64,000 nt of DNA. Origin: Scenedesmus sp. PABB004 (taxonomy: Eukaryota). How positions within the stretch are numbered: the first letter of the stretch is position 1; each line of letters starts with the position of its first letter. Positions 29,877-43,000 of this stretch are shown one piece after another. A program made the translations under genes and the position numbers. A model generated the notes under the pieces. The model saw nothing but the letters and a program-made list of their open reading frames with translations, did not search any database and was not told the DNA's origin. The DNA lies in NCBI GenBank assembly GCA_014905635.1, contig CM026548.1, positions 682,001-746,000 on the forward strand. Direction: 5' to 3'.

Positions 29877-30842
29877 GGCAGAGGGGCACGGAGGGGTCGT
29901 GGTGTCGTTTGGGGAGGGGACCTGAGCAACGGGAGGGGACCTGAGCAGGGGGGGGAACAACCACCGCGGCGTGCGCGAGAACGGCGCACGCGCCGCGTCA
30001 GTCAGCCTTGCGGCTTTGCCTCTCTGTGTCCTGCCTGCATGCGTGCACTGCGTCTGCTGACGCCCGCTTTGGGGGCTAGAGAAAGGGAAAGGGAAAGGGA
30101 AAGGGCGGCGGGGACAGGGGGAGCGGGGACGGGGGCTCCGCGGAAAGGGGGGAACAAGGGGCATCAGCGGCGCCTAGCTCGACGAGCGGCGCTTTGCTGG
30201 GCGCGGGGATGGAGCGCACGGCGGGCTCGCGGGCTCTCGCACACGCACACACGTCCCCCACTGACGACTTTCCCTGCTCGCCAGGCACACGTGTGAATGT
30301 GAATGCATGCGCGTGTATCCCCGCGCGCGCCTCCTGCTGAGCTGGAGGCGCGGCGCTGCACATGTGTCCGCACCGCACTGCCGGCCGCCCGCGTGGCGCC
30401 ACCGGCTGTTTTAGATTGTGCCTGCTGACGCCCGGTGCTGCGTGAAGAGGCCACTTGCTGCATTGGGCAGAGCTTGCAGAGCAGTGCTTGCTTGTGGGGA
30501 CTGCACTCTGCGCGTGCGCGCGCTCCCTCGGTCCCGGGGAGGACCGGGCGTGGGGGTGGTTCTGGAGGGGGATGCGGGCTGGGCTGGACTTGCGTTTGTT
30601 GACGGGCACCTCAAACGGCTTGTGCCAATTGGAACAGGCTGCCCAGCACCGTCATCCTCAGGCAGGCAGCTGCCTGCAGGCTGCACGTGCGTGCGCTGCG
30701 CGCACGGGGCAGAGCACACTGGTTGCACCACACCACACGCCTTGTGTGCGGGGAGTCATGTGAAGCTTGAAGTTTCCATCTTCAAGGGGGACCTGGCGTT
30801 GGTCTGAGGCATTGGTGATGCTGAGGCGCGCACAGCACTCGA

Positions 30843-31118
30843 GGCGCCTGCTGCAGTCAGCACGGCCGACAGCTGGCGGCCCGCAGCGAGGAGACGAGTC
30901 TGAGGCGGCGCAAGACGACGTGGCGAGACGCGCAGAGGGCGCGACCCAAGCGGAAGCGAGTGGTACTTCACCAACAGCGTGCAGGAGGCCTGCTGCACGG
31001 CAGCAAGGCAGCTGGCCGGCAGCGGGCGAGACGAGTCGAGTTGAGGCGGCGGCCGATGACGACGACGCGGCGATGGCGAGACGCGCGGAGGGCGCGGCCC
31101 AAAGCGGGAGTGAGTTGT
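30843..31118. repeat. Degenerate two-unit tandem duplication (about 125-135 nt unit) in a lower-GC intergenic block
   Basis: Units at ~30843-30965 and ~30986-31118 share gagacgagtc, tgaggcggcg and tggcgagacgcgc.gagggcgcg.cccaa. Confidence 0.6.
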
Positions 31119-31300
31119 TTAACCTCACAAAACCTCACCGGCAGCAGTGCAGGATCAAATGCTCTCAACCGGCGCCCCGCGACTTGCCCGCCCCCGCATG
31201 CTCGGCTTGACCCACCACCGCCCACCTCTGCGCTGTTCTTCGCCGCCACGTGCGGCGCGGCCCCGCCCGGCCCCGCACGCGCGTGCACTCCCGCCACACG

Positions 31301-34045
31301 TCAGTGCGCCGCCGCGGCCGCGGCGCCGCCGCCCGCCGCGGCGGCCTTGCCCTCCTCCTCGCCGCCGTCGTCGGTGGAGGTGCGGTGGTACGCGCGCTGC
31401 GGCAGCGCGTCGAGGCGCAGCTGGCACGCAAAGCTGATGCCCAGGAACGCCACGCACAGCCCAAACATGCCCGCCAGCGGCACCGCCTCCACCTGCGCGG
31501 CGCGCGGGCGCGGCGCCGCGCGTGGGGCGCGCGCGCGGCGCACGCGCGCCCTCCGCCGCCGCGCCCTGCCTCCTGCCGCGCCCTCCCCCGCCGCGCCCCG
31601 CCGCCGCGCGCCCGTGTCGCGCCCGCGCCCGCGCCGCGCCCCTGTCCCCGCCGCCGCGGCGCGCACGTTGCCGAGGACGACGCAGACGAAGGCGTTGAGC
31701 GGGACGCGGAAGATGTTGATGATCGTCGCGCGCAGCTCCTCGGGCACGTAGTTGGCCCGCATCGCCATCATCGCCGGCCAGAACACGCCGACGCAGGCCT
31801 CAAACACGCAGAACGCGAGCAGCTGCGCGCGCCCGCGCCCCGTCAGCGGCGCGCCCTTGAGGCCTGGCGGCGCGCGGCGCGCGGTCGGCGTCGGCACGGC
31901 GTGCGGCGCACGGCGGCGGCGGCGGGCGCAGGCGCGGGGGCGGGCGCAGCAGCGCGGCGGGCGCGGGCGCAGCGGCGCGGGCGCGACGGCGGGCGGGCCG
32001 CACTCGGGTCCTTGCGCGTGTCGAGCGCGAGCAGCATCGGCACCGCCATCGCCGCCGCCGCGACGAGGTAGACGCCGCGCATGAAGCGCTCGGGGCGCGC
32101 GTGCTTCATCAGCACGCCTGCGCGGCGCGGCGGCGGCGGCGGCGGCCGGGTCGCGGCCCGCTCGCACCGCGCCGCACGCGCGCCGCGCCGCGCTGTGCTG
32201 TGAGCTGCGCGTCGGCGTCGCCGCGCGCGCCCCGCCGCGCTGCGCAGCTGCGGCGCTGCTGCTGCACGCCCCCCCCCCCCCTTCCACGCGCCCGCGAGGA
32301 AGCTGCCGGCCATGCAGGCGGTCATGAAGTTGACAAAGATGAGGCCGTGCTTGATGGCCTCCCCGTTTGGCGACAGCGCCATCGTCCACAGGAAGACAAA
32401 GGAGTACATGCTCGCCTCAAACAGCGACTGCATGCCGCCCAGCAGCGCGATCGCGGGGTCTGCGGCGCGGCGCGGCGGCGCGCGGGCGCGTCGGCAGGTG
32501 CGGCGCGGGCGCGGCGGCGGGCGGCAGGGCGCCGGGCGGCGGTGCGGCGCGGGCGCGGACGGCGCGGCGCGCACCCGCGCGGATGGCCTCCCACGCGCGC
32601 TCGAACTGCACGGCGATGTTCTTGCTGCCCTTGTCGCCGTAGTTCTCGGGCCACGTCGCGAGCATCACCGCGCCTGGCGGCCCGGGCGGGCGGGCCGCGG
32701 GTGGCGGGCGGCAGGCGGGTCGCGGGCGGTCAGCCGCGCGGGCCGCGGCCGGCGCGCCCCGGGGCGGCAGCGGCAGCACTAGATGCCAGCGGCGGCAGCG
32801 CTCGACGCACCGCCGGCGAGCATGAAGACGATCGCCGCGTCAAACGGCGCGACGCGGCCGAGGCCGAGCTTCTCGACGAGCGCGTCGCCGAAGAAGCCCG
32901 CCGCGATGGCCATGAGGCCATTGCCCAGGAAGACCGCCCAGGAGAAGGTCTGCCCCAGCGCTTGCTCTGCGCGGCGCGTGGCGCGGCGCGGCGCGCGTGG
33001 CTCGCACAGCACGCACAGCGTGGGCGCGCGGCTGTGATTTTGATGTTCGTTTGCGGGGCTGCGCGGCGCGTGGCGCACCCGAGAAGCCGCGGCGGAAGTG
33101 CTCCGAGACGAGCCAGCTTTCAAACGCCGAGTAGAGCAGGCTCGTCGCGACGCCGCCGAGCACGCGGCCGAGCATGAGCACGCCAAAACGCGGCGAGTGC
33201 TTGGTCACGCACGATAGGCTGTACGTCACGACGTACGCCAGCCCCGCCGTGCGGCGCCCGCTGGCGCGCGCCGCGCGGCGGGAGGGGCCGTGGCGGGAGG
33301 GACGGGCGGACGCGTGGGGCGCGCGCGGGCGGGTGCGCGCGGGCCCCCCTGGCGCCGCGCGCGGCGCGCGCGGCGGCGGCGGCGGCAGCGGCGGCGGCGG
33401 CAGCGGCGCGGCGCTCACAGCTTGTCCGCGAGCGCGCCGACAAACGTGCCGACGACCAGGCTCGACCCGAAGCCGGCGATGAAGAGCTGCCCGATCTCTG
33501 CCGGCGAGTAGCCGTACTTCTCGTACAGGGCGTAGACGTAGGGGCCCTGCAGCCAGTCGCCGACTGGGCGGCGCGCGGGCGCGGCGCGGCGCGTTGGGCG
33601 CGGCGCGGGCGCGGCGGGCGGGCGCGGGCGGCGCCGCCGGCGCGGATCGCGGCGCGGCGCGGCTGTGGAGCGACGGCCAGGGCTGCTGCGCTCAGGGCGG
33701 GCGGCGGCACGCGCCGCGCGGCGCGCAACCGCCGCTGCCGCTGCTGCGCCCGCCACGCGCGCCGCTGCCGGCGGGGAGCGTGAACTGCCGTTCCGACGCG
33801 CTGGCGGGGCACGTGGGAGCGCGAGAGCAGCGGCCCTGGCCCCCGCCGGCGTCGCTGGGCGCCGGGAGGACGGCCCATCAGCAGCACTCACGCATCTGCA
33901 GGCAATAGACGAGCAGGTAGTTGTTCCGGAACGCGCGGCTGGCGGGCGTGTCGTCCACCAGGTTGCCCACGCCTTGGCTCCACACCAGGCCCGCCACGGG
34001 CAGGCAGAGGCACGCGAACACGACCCAGTAGAACGCGTCCTCCAT
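31301..34045 (-). CDS. MOT2: Molybdate-anion transporter MOT2/MFSD5 (DUF791, MFS)
   Basis: FRNNYLLVY, GDWLQGPYVYALY, LFIAGFGSS, ATSLLYSAFESWLVSEH, WPENYG, QSLFEASMYSFVFLWT, RATIINIFRVPLN. Confidence 0.9.
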
Positions 34046-34181
34046 CGCGGCTGCGCCGTGCGGAGAGCGACGATCGACGGGCGGGCGCCTCCCCGGCGCG
34101 GGCGGACTGGCGCGGCGGCGCGGCGCGCGCGCGATCGGGCGGCGGCACGCGCGGCGGCGGGGCTCAGCGGGCGGCGGGGCT

Positions 34182-34186
34182 TTACA
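34182..34186 (-). promoter_or_regulatory. TGTAA polyadenylation signal after SF3A3
   Basis: TTACA on the + strand about 22 nt past the SF3A3 stop codon. Confidence 0.45.
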
Positions 34187-34207
34187 ACCGCCGCGCGCGC
34201 GTGCGTC

Positions 34208-37200
34208 TCAGAGCAGGCCCTGGCGCTTGAGGTCGTCGTAGACCTTGCGGCTGTAGACGTTGCCGCTGTCGTCCTCGAGCTCCTCGTCCTGCTCCGGGTT
34301 GAAGCCGCCCGTGTTGCGCTCCTGCGCGGCGGCGCGGCGGCGAGCGCCGCAGCGTGTCAAGCAGCGCGGCGTCGGCGGCGCGGCGGGCGGCGCCCGGGCG
34401 CGGCGGCGCGGGCGCGGCGGGCGCGGGGCCCGCGGCGGCAGCGCGGCAGCGCGGCGCGCCTGGATGTTGCGCCAGAGCGAGAGCGCATCCTCTATCTGTG
34501 TGACCTCGAAGAAGTCTTTGTTGTTGGGGATGCCGAGCGCCTTCATGCCGTTGACGTGGCGCCACTCCTTGAAGTGCCGCTCAAACGCGCGGCGGCCCCA
34601 GTAGCTGCGCGGCGGCACCGCGACGGCGGCGTGGGCGCGCGCGCTCACGATTGCTCCGCGCCTCCCCCGCCACCTCCCCGCCGCCTCTGCCGCCACTTCC
34701 TCCCCGCCGCCGCCGCCTCCTCCTCCTCCCCGCCGCCGCCGCTGCCTCGTGCTCGCACCTGTAGTTGCCGCAGATCTCGCATTTGAACTCCTGGTTAAGG
34801 CCGTGGAGCTTGTAGAGCCAGTAGGGGATGGGCTTGCCGTCCCAGCCGAGCGGCAGCTTCAGCGGGTTGTACACGTACTCATCCTCCTCCTCCTCCTCCT
34901 CGCCCAGCGCCTCCGCCTCGCCCTCCTCCAGCTCGGCGACCAGCTCCTCGTACGTCTGCGCGCGTCGCGGACGCGGACGCGGACGCGGACGCGGCGTGAG
35001 CGGCGGACGCGGCGGCGTGAGCGGCGGCGTGAGCGGCGGCGGGCGCGGCGGCGTGAGCGGCGGCCGCCCAGCTGCGCGCCCGGCAGCCGGCCGCGGCCGC
35101 GGCGGCGCCGCCGCGTGCCCCCCCCCCCCCACCTGCGCCTGCTTCTTCTCGACGCGGCCGCGCGTGTCGCTGATGACGTTGGCCAGCAGCTCGCCCAGCC
35201 GCGACACCTGCGCCTCCAGCTGCGCCGCCGCGAGCGCCGCCTGCGCGCGGCGGGGGCGCGGCGCGCGGGTGAGCCCGCGTCGGCGCTGGGGCCGCCGCGC
35301 CGCCGCGGCCCCGGGCGCGGCGCGGCGCGCCGTCGCACCTGCTGCTGCTGCAGCAGCTCCGCCTCGCTCTTCACAGCCGCGACCGCCTTGCCCGGCGCAA
35401 AGAGCTTGGCGTCGAGCTCCGCCAGGCTGCGCGGCGCCGGCGGCGGCGGCGCGGACCCACCCGCTCAGCAGCGCCCGCCGACCCACCCGCGCGAGGGCCG
35501 CGGCGCCACGCACGCTGCTTGCTGCCCGCCGAGGCGCCCCCAGCCGCAGCCCCGGCACACCTCTTGCCCTTGAGAGCATAGAGCCGCTCCGCGCGCTGCC
35601 GCACCGTGCCGCCGCACTTAAGGCCCAGCTGCGCCAGCTTGTCCTTCAGCTGCTCCGCGCCTGCGGGCGCGGCGCCGCGGCGCGCGGCTGAGCGCGCGCC
35701 CGCCGCCGCCGCCGCGCTCCCCCGTGCCGTCGCTGCGGCTGCTGGTGGGGGAGCGCGCGCCGCGGGGCGCGGCCCGCCGCCAGCCCCACCCGCCCCGCCC
35801 GCCCCGCCCGCCCCGCCCGCCCCGCCCGCCCCGCCCGCCCCGCCCACCCCGGCCGCCGGGCGCACCCATGGACTCCAGCTCGTCCACGCTCTCGAACGAC
35901 TCCAGGTCGCTGCTGAGCTGCGCCGCCGCGGCCTCGGCGTCGCCGCCGGGCCCGCCGACGCCCTTGTCTTCCCAGCCGGGCAGCTGCCCCGCGTCAAACG
36001 CGGCCGCGACCTCATCGCGCAGCTTGTCGAGCTGCCGCGACAGCTGGCTCAGCGGCTGCGTGCGCTCGTAAAAGCTGGTCAGGTACGCCAGCAGCGACGA
36101 GAGGTACTGCCTGCGCGGACGCGCGGGCGGGCGGGCGCGCGGGCGGGCGCGGCGCGGCGCTCGCACCGCCGCCGCCGCGCGCTGGCCGGGTCGCGCCGCC
36201 GCCGCCGCGCGCGGGCTGGCCGCGCCGCCGCGCCGCGCGGCGCGGCGCGCCTGTAGGGCTTGCCGAGCTTGAGGTGGCGCGCGATCTCGCTGAAGTCGGT
36301 CAGGCTGCCGCAGTAGTCCAGATAGTCACACTGCCGGCCAAACTTGGCGTTTGTGAACGCGCGGTGCAGGTCATGCAGGTCCAGGTACCTGCGCGCAGCC
36401 GAGGGCGGAGGGGCAGAGGGGCAGAGGGGCGCGTGGGCGCGCGCGGACACGCGCGGCGGCGCGGCACGGGGACGGCCGCGGCGCGGCTGCGGCGCCGCGC
36501 CGCGCGTCCGCGCACCGCCCGAGCGCCTCCTCGCCGCTGAAGTCGAGCTTTGGCTCCTCGGCCAGCAGGTGGCTGTCGTCCTCGGGGCCGGTGATGTCGA
36601 GGCCCGCGAAGCGGCCGTGGTACTCGCGCAGCTCCTTGAGCCGGTCATAAAACTTGCTGCGCGCGCGTGCGTGTGTGGATTTTGTGTGGGTGTTGTGTGC
36701 GGGCGTGTGTGTGAGCGTGCGTGCATGCGCGCGTGTGAGCGCCACGGATGTGAGTGGCGGCCCTCGGGCGGCGGCGCGCGGCGCCGCGGCGGGGCGCGCG
36801 CACCCGTAGACCGCGGTGGGGTTGTCCGCGCCCAGCGCCTTGATCTCCTCCTTGCGGTGCCGCGACTCGTCGGTGCCGTCGGTGTAGACGCGCACCTGCG
36901 CGCGGCGGCGGCGGCGGCGGCGGCGGGAGCACGGGGTCGCTCGGCCGCGGCGCACGCTGCCGCCGCTGCTGGCGCCGCCCGCCGCAGCCGCGGCTGCCGG
37001 GCACTGGGGCGCGCCGCCTCCTGCAGCGCCCGCGCGCGCCCTGCAGCGCCCGGCCTGCAGGCGCACCAGCTTGCGCGCGACCTCCTGCATCTCGTCGATG
37101 CGCTTGCGCACGCGGTGGTTCTGCAGCAGCTTCTCGCGGTGCGTCTTGGCCTCCTGCTCCTTGTAGTCCTTCACGATCACGCGCTCCAGGCGCTCCAGCT

Positions 37201-37350
37201 CCTCGTGCAGGCCTGGCCCGGGCGCGCGCGGGCGCGTGAGCGCGCGGCGCCCGATCTGGGGCGCGGCAGCAGCGGCGGCGGCGGCCGCGCCGCGCCGGCG
37301 CGCCGCCCCGGCGACGCACCGCGCGTCTGCTCTAGGAAGGTGGTCGCCAT
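34208..37350 (-). CDS. SF3A3: Splicing factor 3A subunit 3 (PRP9/SF3a60)
   Basis: [68 protein letters not shown], ending DLKRQGLL*. Confidence 0.95.
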
Positions 37351-37863
37351 GGCGCCGGGCGGCGCCCCCCGCCGGGCGAGCGGCCGCCGGGGAGCGCTGT
37401 GGGGAAGGGGCTGCGGGGGCTGCTGCTGATGCGCGGCTGCTGCGGCCGGGCCTGCTGCTGGCCGGGCGGGGGCGGAACAGGTGCAGTGGGTCCGCTGGCG
37501 AGAGTTGTCGCTCGGCGGCCTGGCAGAGCAGCAGCAGAGAAACCTGGCACTTGCGCCTAACACAGGCCGTCCAGCTGCCGCCCGCGTGCCCCGTGCACAC
37601 CGGGGTCGCGATCATCGCGTCCAGCATCGCGCCAGCATCGCTGCGCTCAGCACCCGCCTGCCCGTGCTGTCGATTGATTGTTGGCCGTCCACCGCCAGCC
37701 GCTGCCCGCACGCCCCGGGGGGCCTCACCCCGCTGCTCCTCAGTGCTCACGCCAGCGGTCCAGGCGCAGGCGGCGGCGGCTCGCCGCCGCGTCGGCGCGC
37801 GCGGGCGGCGGCAGCAGCGGCGCACGGCCCGCTTGCCGATCGGCTCGCGGTCGGCGGCTGGCC

Positions 37864-39433
37864 ATGTCGGCGGAGGAGTTCTCGCGCTCCGTCGCGCGCG
37901 TGGTCGCCGCGCAGCTGGCCGAGGCGACCGGCTTCGACGCCGCGCAGGTGGGGAGGGGGCGGAGGCGGCCGCCGTCGACTGGACCGGGCGGCGCAGCGCC
38001 GGCGGCGGCGCGGGACCGCCGCACACAGCGTGACCGCGCGGCGCGGCCTCCGCCGCCGCAGGACTCGGCGGTTGAGATCCTGGCCGACCTGCTGCTGCGC
38101 TACCTCGGCACCGCCGCGGCGGGCGCGCACGGCTACGCGGAGCTCGCGGGCCGCAGCACGGCCAACCTCGCGGACGTGCTGCTCTCGCTGGAAGACGTGG
38201 GCGTGACGCCCGACGACCTGCACGGCCACCTGGAGCTGCAGGCGCGTGGCGGCCCGGCAGAGCCCCCGCCGCGGCCGCGGCGCCGCCCGCCTGCCTCACC
38301 TGCGCCGCCGCTGCCGCCGCCGCCGCCCGCCGCCGTGCAGAAGGGCCAGGACGTGCCCTTCGCGCACACGCTCGCGCCCTTCCCGGTGCACTCGCAGCGC
38401 CCGCTGGCGCCGAGCTTTGCGGACACGCGCGAGCCGCACGCGGCGCACGTGCCGCCCTTCCTGCCGGCCTTCCCGACCCGCACACCTACCAGCACACCGC
38501 GGCGTACGCGGGGCACGAGGGCGACCCCCACAAGCAGCGCCAGGTGCGCGCGGCGGCGGCGGCCGGGGCCCCAGGGGCGCAGCCCGCGCGGGGGCGGGCG
38601 CGGCGAGCCCCGTGCCGCCTCCGCCCCGCCGCCGACAGAGCATGCTCGAGGCGAAGCAGAAGGCCGAGGCCGCGCTCAACAAGCTGCACCAGCGCATCAG
38701 CAGCAGGGCCGCTGCCGCGCCGGGCGCAAACCCCTTCCTCGCGCCGCCGGCGGTCGAGGCGCTGCCGCCGCCCGGCGGCGCGGGCGGCGGCGGCGACGGC
38801 GCGGCGGCGCCGCCGCCGAGCGAGCAGGCGCAGCAGCTGGCGCCGCCGGAGCAGCAGCAGCCGGAGCAGCCGGAGCAGCAGCTGCTGCCGCCGGCGGCCG
38901 TGGCGGCCGAGGAGGCGGAGGACGAGGAGGACGCCCTGTTTGAGCAGGCTGCCGTGCTCCGGGCCTTTGGCAGCGTGCTGCCGCCGGAGCTGGTGCGGTC
39001 GGCCAAGGCGGCGCGCGCGCGCGCGGCGGCGGAGGAGCTGGGCGTGGTCGAGGAGACGCCGATGGATGTCGACGGCGGCGGCGCGGGCAGCGCGTGGCTC
39101 GAGTGGAAGCCCGACGCGCAGCGGCAGCAGCAGCAGCAGGAGGGCGCGGACCAGGGCCGCGGCGCCGGCGGCGGCGAGCCGCTGAGCTTTGGGATCGACC
39201 CGCTGGCGGCGGGCCGCCGCGCGGCGCTCGCGCTCGCCAGCCGGCGCGGCCCCGCCGACGCCTACGCGGAGCGCGCGCGGGCCGCGCCGGCGGGCGCCGG
39301 CGGCGCGCGGCAGCGGCGCAGCCGGTACGACGCCGACCCGCGGGTCGTGCAGGCGGAGGGCATCCTGGGCGCGGGGCCGGAGGCCGCGTTCAACGTCTTC
39401 GGCGGCGCCGGCCTGGACGGCATGGCTGAGTGA
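37864..39433 (+). CDS. TAF8: TFIID subunit 8 (histone-fold BTP domain + TAF8 C-terminal domain)
   Basis: Histone fold (YAELAGRSTANLADV) and HVPPFLPAFP-DPHTY. One base is missing at about 38474. Confidence 0.85.
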
Positions 39434-39540
39434 GCGCGCCGGCGGGCGCGGCCCCGCCCTGGGGCAACGCGCGACGACGGCCCGCGTTTTGTGCCCCGAA
39501 CTCCGCCCGCCCACCTCCCCGGCGCCGTGCTGAGCGCTCG

Positions 39541-39873
39541 CTGCCCACACGGCCGCCAGCCACCCCGCCAGGCCCTCACCTGACGCCCCCCGTCCCGCAC
39601 GCGCCACCGCCGCCAGCTGCGCGCCAGCCGCGGAGCAGCGGCGCGCCTGCTCGCCCCTCTTCGCCGCCGCACACCGCTCGACGCGTTCGCGCAGCTCCTG
39701 CGACTGCCGCTGACCCCGGCAGCCCGCGCGGCCCGCCCCGGGACACACACGCAGCCCCCCTGCGCGGCCGGCGGCGCTCGCTGCTGGCGCCGCCGAGCGA
39801 GCCCGCGCGGCCCAGGCGGGCGCCCGCAGCCCAGTAGCGCTCACGGGAGCTTGGAGGGGAGCTGACAGCAGCC
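39541..39873. repeat. Dispersed intergenic repeat, copy 1 (possible non-autonomous element)
   Basis: Strong co-linear similarity to 51301-51628, including the identical block cgccgccgcacaccgctcgacgcgttcgcgcagc. Confidence 0.75.
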
Positions 39874-40066
39874 TGTGGCGCAGCGTGCGCGATCACGGCC
39901 TGACGTCGCCAGCGGCGCGGCGTCGGCGGCAGCGGCAGCAGCAGCGGCCCGCGGGCGCGGCAGCAGCAGCAGCAGCTCGTGACTGCACAGAACCACCAGC
40001 AGCAGCACAACCAGCAGCAGCAGACGCAGCAGGCGCTGAGCTGCCGCGCGTCGGGCGGCGGCGCGG

Positions 40067-43000
40067 ATGGACGCCGCCGCCGCCGCCGCACCGGCGCCGG
40101 CCGCCGCGCCGTCGGGCACGGCGGTCGTGCTGTTCCGCAAGGACCTGCGCCTCGACGACAACCCCGCGCTGCTGGCCGCGCTGCAGGCCGCGGAGCGCGT
40201 GGTGCGCGCGGCGCCGCGCGCTGGCCCGCTGCCCGCCGCCTTGACTCGCAGGCTGACGCGCCGCGCCGCGCCGCGCCGCCCTGTGTGCAGGTGCCCGCCT
40301 TCATCTGGGCCCCGGAGGAGGAGGGGCAGTTCCAGCCGGGGCGCTGCAGCCGCTGGTGGCTGTCGCAGAGCCTCGCCGCGCTGAGCCGCGCGCTCGCGGA
40401 GCGCGGGTCGCGCCTCGTGCTGCGCCGCGCGGCGGCGTCGGCCGACGCGCTGCTGGAGGTGCGCAGCCGCGGCGCCGGCGGGGGAGCACGGCTGCGCGCG
40501 CCTTTGCGCCCGTCGCTGGCCCAGTGACACGCCCGCCACCCGCCGCGCCAGCTCGTGGGCGAGACCGGGGCTCATTCGGTGTTCTTCAACCATCTTTATG
40601 ATCCCATCAGCCTCGTGCGAGACCACGACATGAAGCGCCGCCTCACCGCAGCCGGTGCGGCGGCGCCCGCGCCGGCGCCACGGCGCGCCGCGCCGCGCCG
40701 TGCCACCCGCGCTGGTGGCCACGCGCGCGCCGCCGCCGCCGCCCACGCGCGCCCGCGCAGGCGTCGCGGTGCGGAGCTACAACGCAGACCTGCTGCACGA
40801 GCCGTGGGACGTCGTCGGCGACGACGGGCGGCCGTTTACCACGTTTGCCAGGTTTTGGGCCCAGCTGCAGGCCATGCCGACGCCGCCGCTGCCGTTCCCG
40901 CCGCCCGCCGCGCTGCCGCCGGTCGACGCGGCGCTGCCGAGCGAGAGCGGCGCGTCGCTGGGCTTCTTCGCGTCGCCCGAGGCCGAGGCGGCGTGCGGGC
41001 ACCTCGCCAACAAGGTCCGCGCGGGCCGCAGGGCCCCCGCGGGGCCGGTGGGGAGCCGCCGCGTGCGCAGTTTGCGGTGGCGCCGCCGCGCCGCCGCGCC
41101 GCCGCGCCGCCGCGCCGCCGCGCCACCACGTCCCAGCGCCCGCGCCGGTCCGCGCGCGCGCGCAGTGGCGCCCCGGGCCGGAGGGCGCCGCCGAGCGGCT
41201 GGGCGAGTTCCTGGCGGGCCCGCTGCGGGGGTTCAGCCGCGCCAAGGCGCGCGTCGACGCTTCGGCGACGAGCCGGCTGAGCCCCTGGATACACGCCGGC
41301 GACCTCAGCGTGCGCACAATCTTCCACCGGGTGCGCGCCGCCGCCGCCGCCGCCGTGGGGCGGGGCGCTGCGGGCGCGCGCCGCAACCGACCACCCCACG
41401 CGCGTGCGCGCGCCGGCGCCGCGCGCAGGTCCGCGCGCAGCAGGCGGCGTGGGCGGCGGCGGGCGAGGACGCGGGAGGCAGCTGCGCCGCCTTCCTGCAG
41501 CAGCTGGGGTATCGGGAATACAGTCGGTACCTCAGTTTCTACTTCCCGTACCTCGCGGAGCGCCCCCTGCTCAGCCACCTGCGCTGCGTGACGTGGTCAC
41601 TCGATGCCGCGGCGTTCAAGGCGTGGCGCATGGGCATGACCGGCTGGCCGATCGTCGACGCGGCGATGAAGGAGCTGTGGTGCGGCGACCGCCCCGCCCG
41701 CGCCGCGCCCGCCGCCCGCGCCGCGCCCGCCGCCGCCGCGGGCGGCCGCGCGGCGCCCGCGCGACGCCGACCGCCCCGCCCACGCCGCGCCGACTCGCAG
41801 GAGCACGGGCTGGTGCCACAACCGCATGCGGGTCGTCGCCGGGGCCTTTGCCGTCAAGTACCTGCTGCTGCCCTGGCAGGCGCGGCGCGCGGCGCGCGGC
41901 GCGCGGCACGAGGGCGGGCGGGCGCAGGCGCCTCCGCCCGCACGCCCGGCCCATGCCGGCCCGCCCCACGCTGGCGCGCGCAGTGGGGCCTGAAGCACCT
42001 CTGGGAGCAGCTGCTCGACGCCGACCTGGAGAGCGATGCGCTGGGCTGGTGCGCTGGGTGCCCTGGGGTGCGCTGGCGCCGGACGGCCGGGACCTTGCAC
42101 GGGACGCGCGTCCTGCTGCGCCCACACGCCCACCGCACGCTGCGCCGCCGCGCATGGCACTGCGACGCCGCGCCCGCGGCCGCAGGCAGTACCTCGCCGG
42201 CTGCATGGCCGATGCGCCACCCTTTGGGCAGCTGCCTGACCTCGCGGCGGAGGCGGCGGCGTTCGACCCGCACGGCGAGTACGTGCGGCGCTGGCTGCCC
42301 GCGCTCGCGCGGCTGCCTGACGCGCACATACACGCGCCCTGGGAGGCGCCGCCGGGCGTGCTCGAGGCCGCGGACGTGGAGCTCGGCATAACGTACCCGT
42401 ACCCGCTCGTTGACCGCGACGTGAGCGGAACAGCGGCGCACGCGTCGGCGCGCGCGGGCGCGGCCATGCGCGCACCCGCCCGGCCGCACCCACCCACGCA
42501 CCCGCCCGCCCGCCCACGGTGCGCAGGAGGCCGCCGCGCGGCTGGAGCGCGTTGCGGCGCTGATCGAGCAGCAGCTGCAGGCCGGCCAGGAGGGCAGCGG
42601 CGAGGGCCGCGGCGGCGCGAGCGGTGCGAGCGGGGAGCCGTTTCGCCGGGCCACTGCGCCGCTGCAGGCCGGCAGCCGCGGCGCGGCGGTGGCGGCGGCC
42701 GCGGCGGGCGCGGCCGAGATGCGGGACGGCGGCAGCGTGCTGGCGGGGCGCGGGCCCGCGTGCGAGGCGGCCGTCGGCTGGGGCTGGCCCGGCGCGGTGG
42801 AGCCTGGCAGGGCCTGCGCGGAGCGCCAGCTCGCTGCGGCGGCGGCTGCGGCCGCCGACCCGGCGGCCGCCGCGGCCGCCGCCGCGGCGGGCCCGGGCTG
42901 GCTGCCGGCCGGCGGCGGCGGCCAGGCCCAGCACGACGACTGGGCGGCGGCGGCGCTGGAGGACGACCACCACCTGCGGGAGCGCCGGCGGCAGCGCCAC

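Noticed and set aside
29912..29947. Short direct repeats (ggaggggacctgagca x2; also 10078-10113 and 29635-29670) as a CRISPR-like array or element ends
   Set aside because: There are only two to four tandem units with no unique spacers, in a eukaryotic context; ordinary slippage explains them.
34046..34207. SF3A3-MOT2 bicistron suggested by the ~160-nt gap
   Set aside because: A canonical TGTAA lies in the gap, which supports separate termination.
37864..39433. TAF8 as a pseudogene
   Set aside because: A single missing base in a C run with no other decay makes an assembly error more likely.
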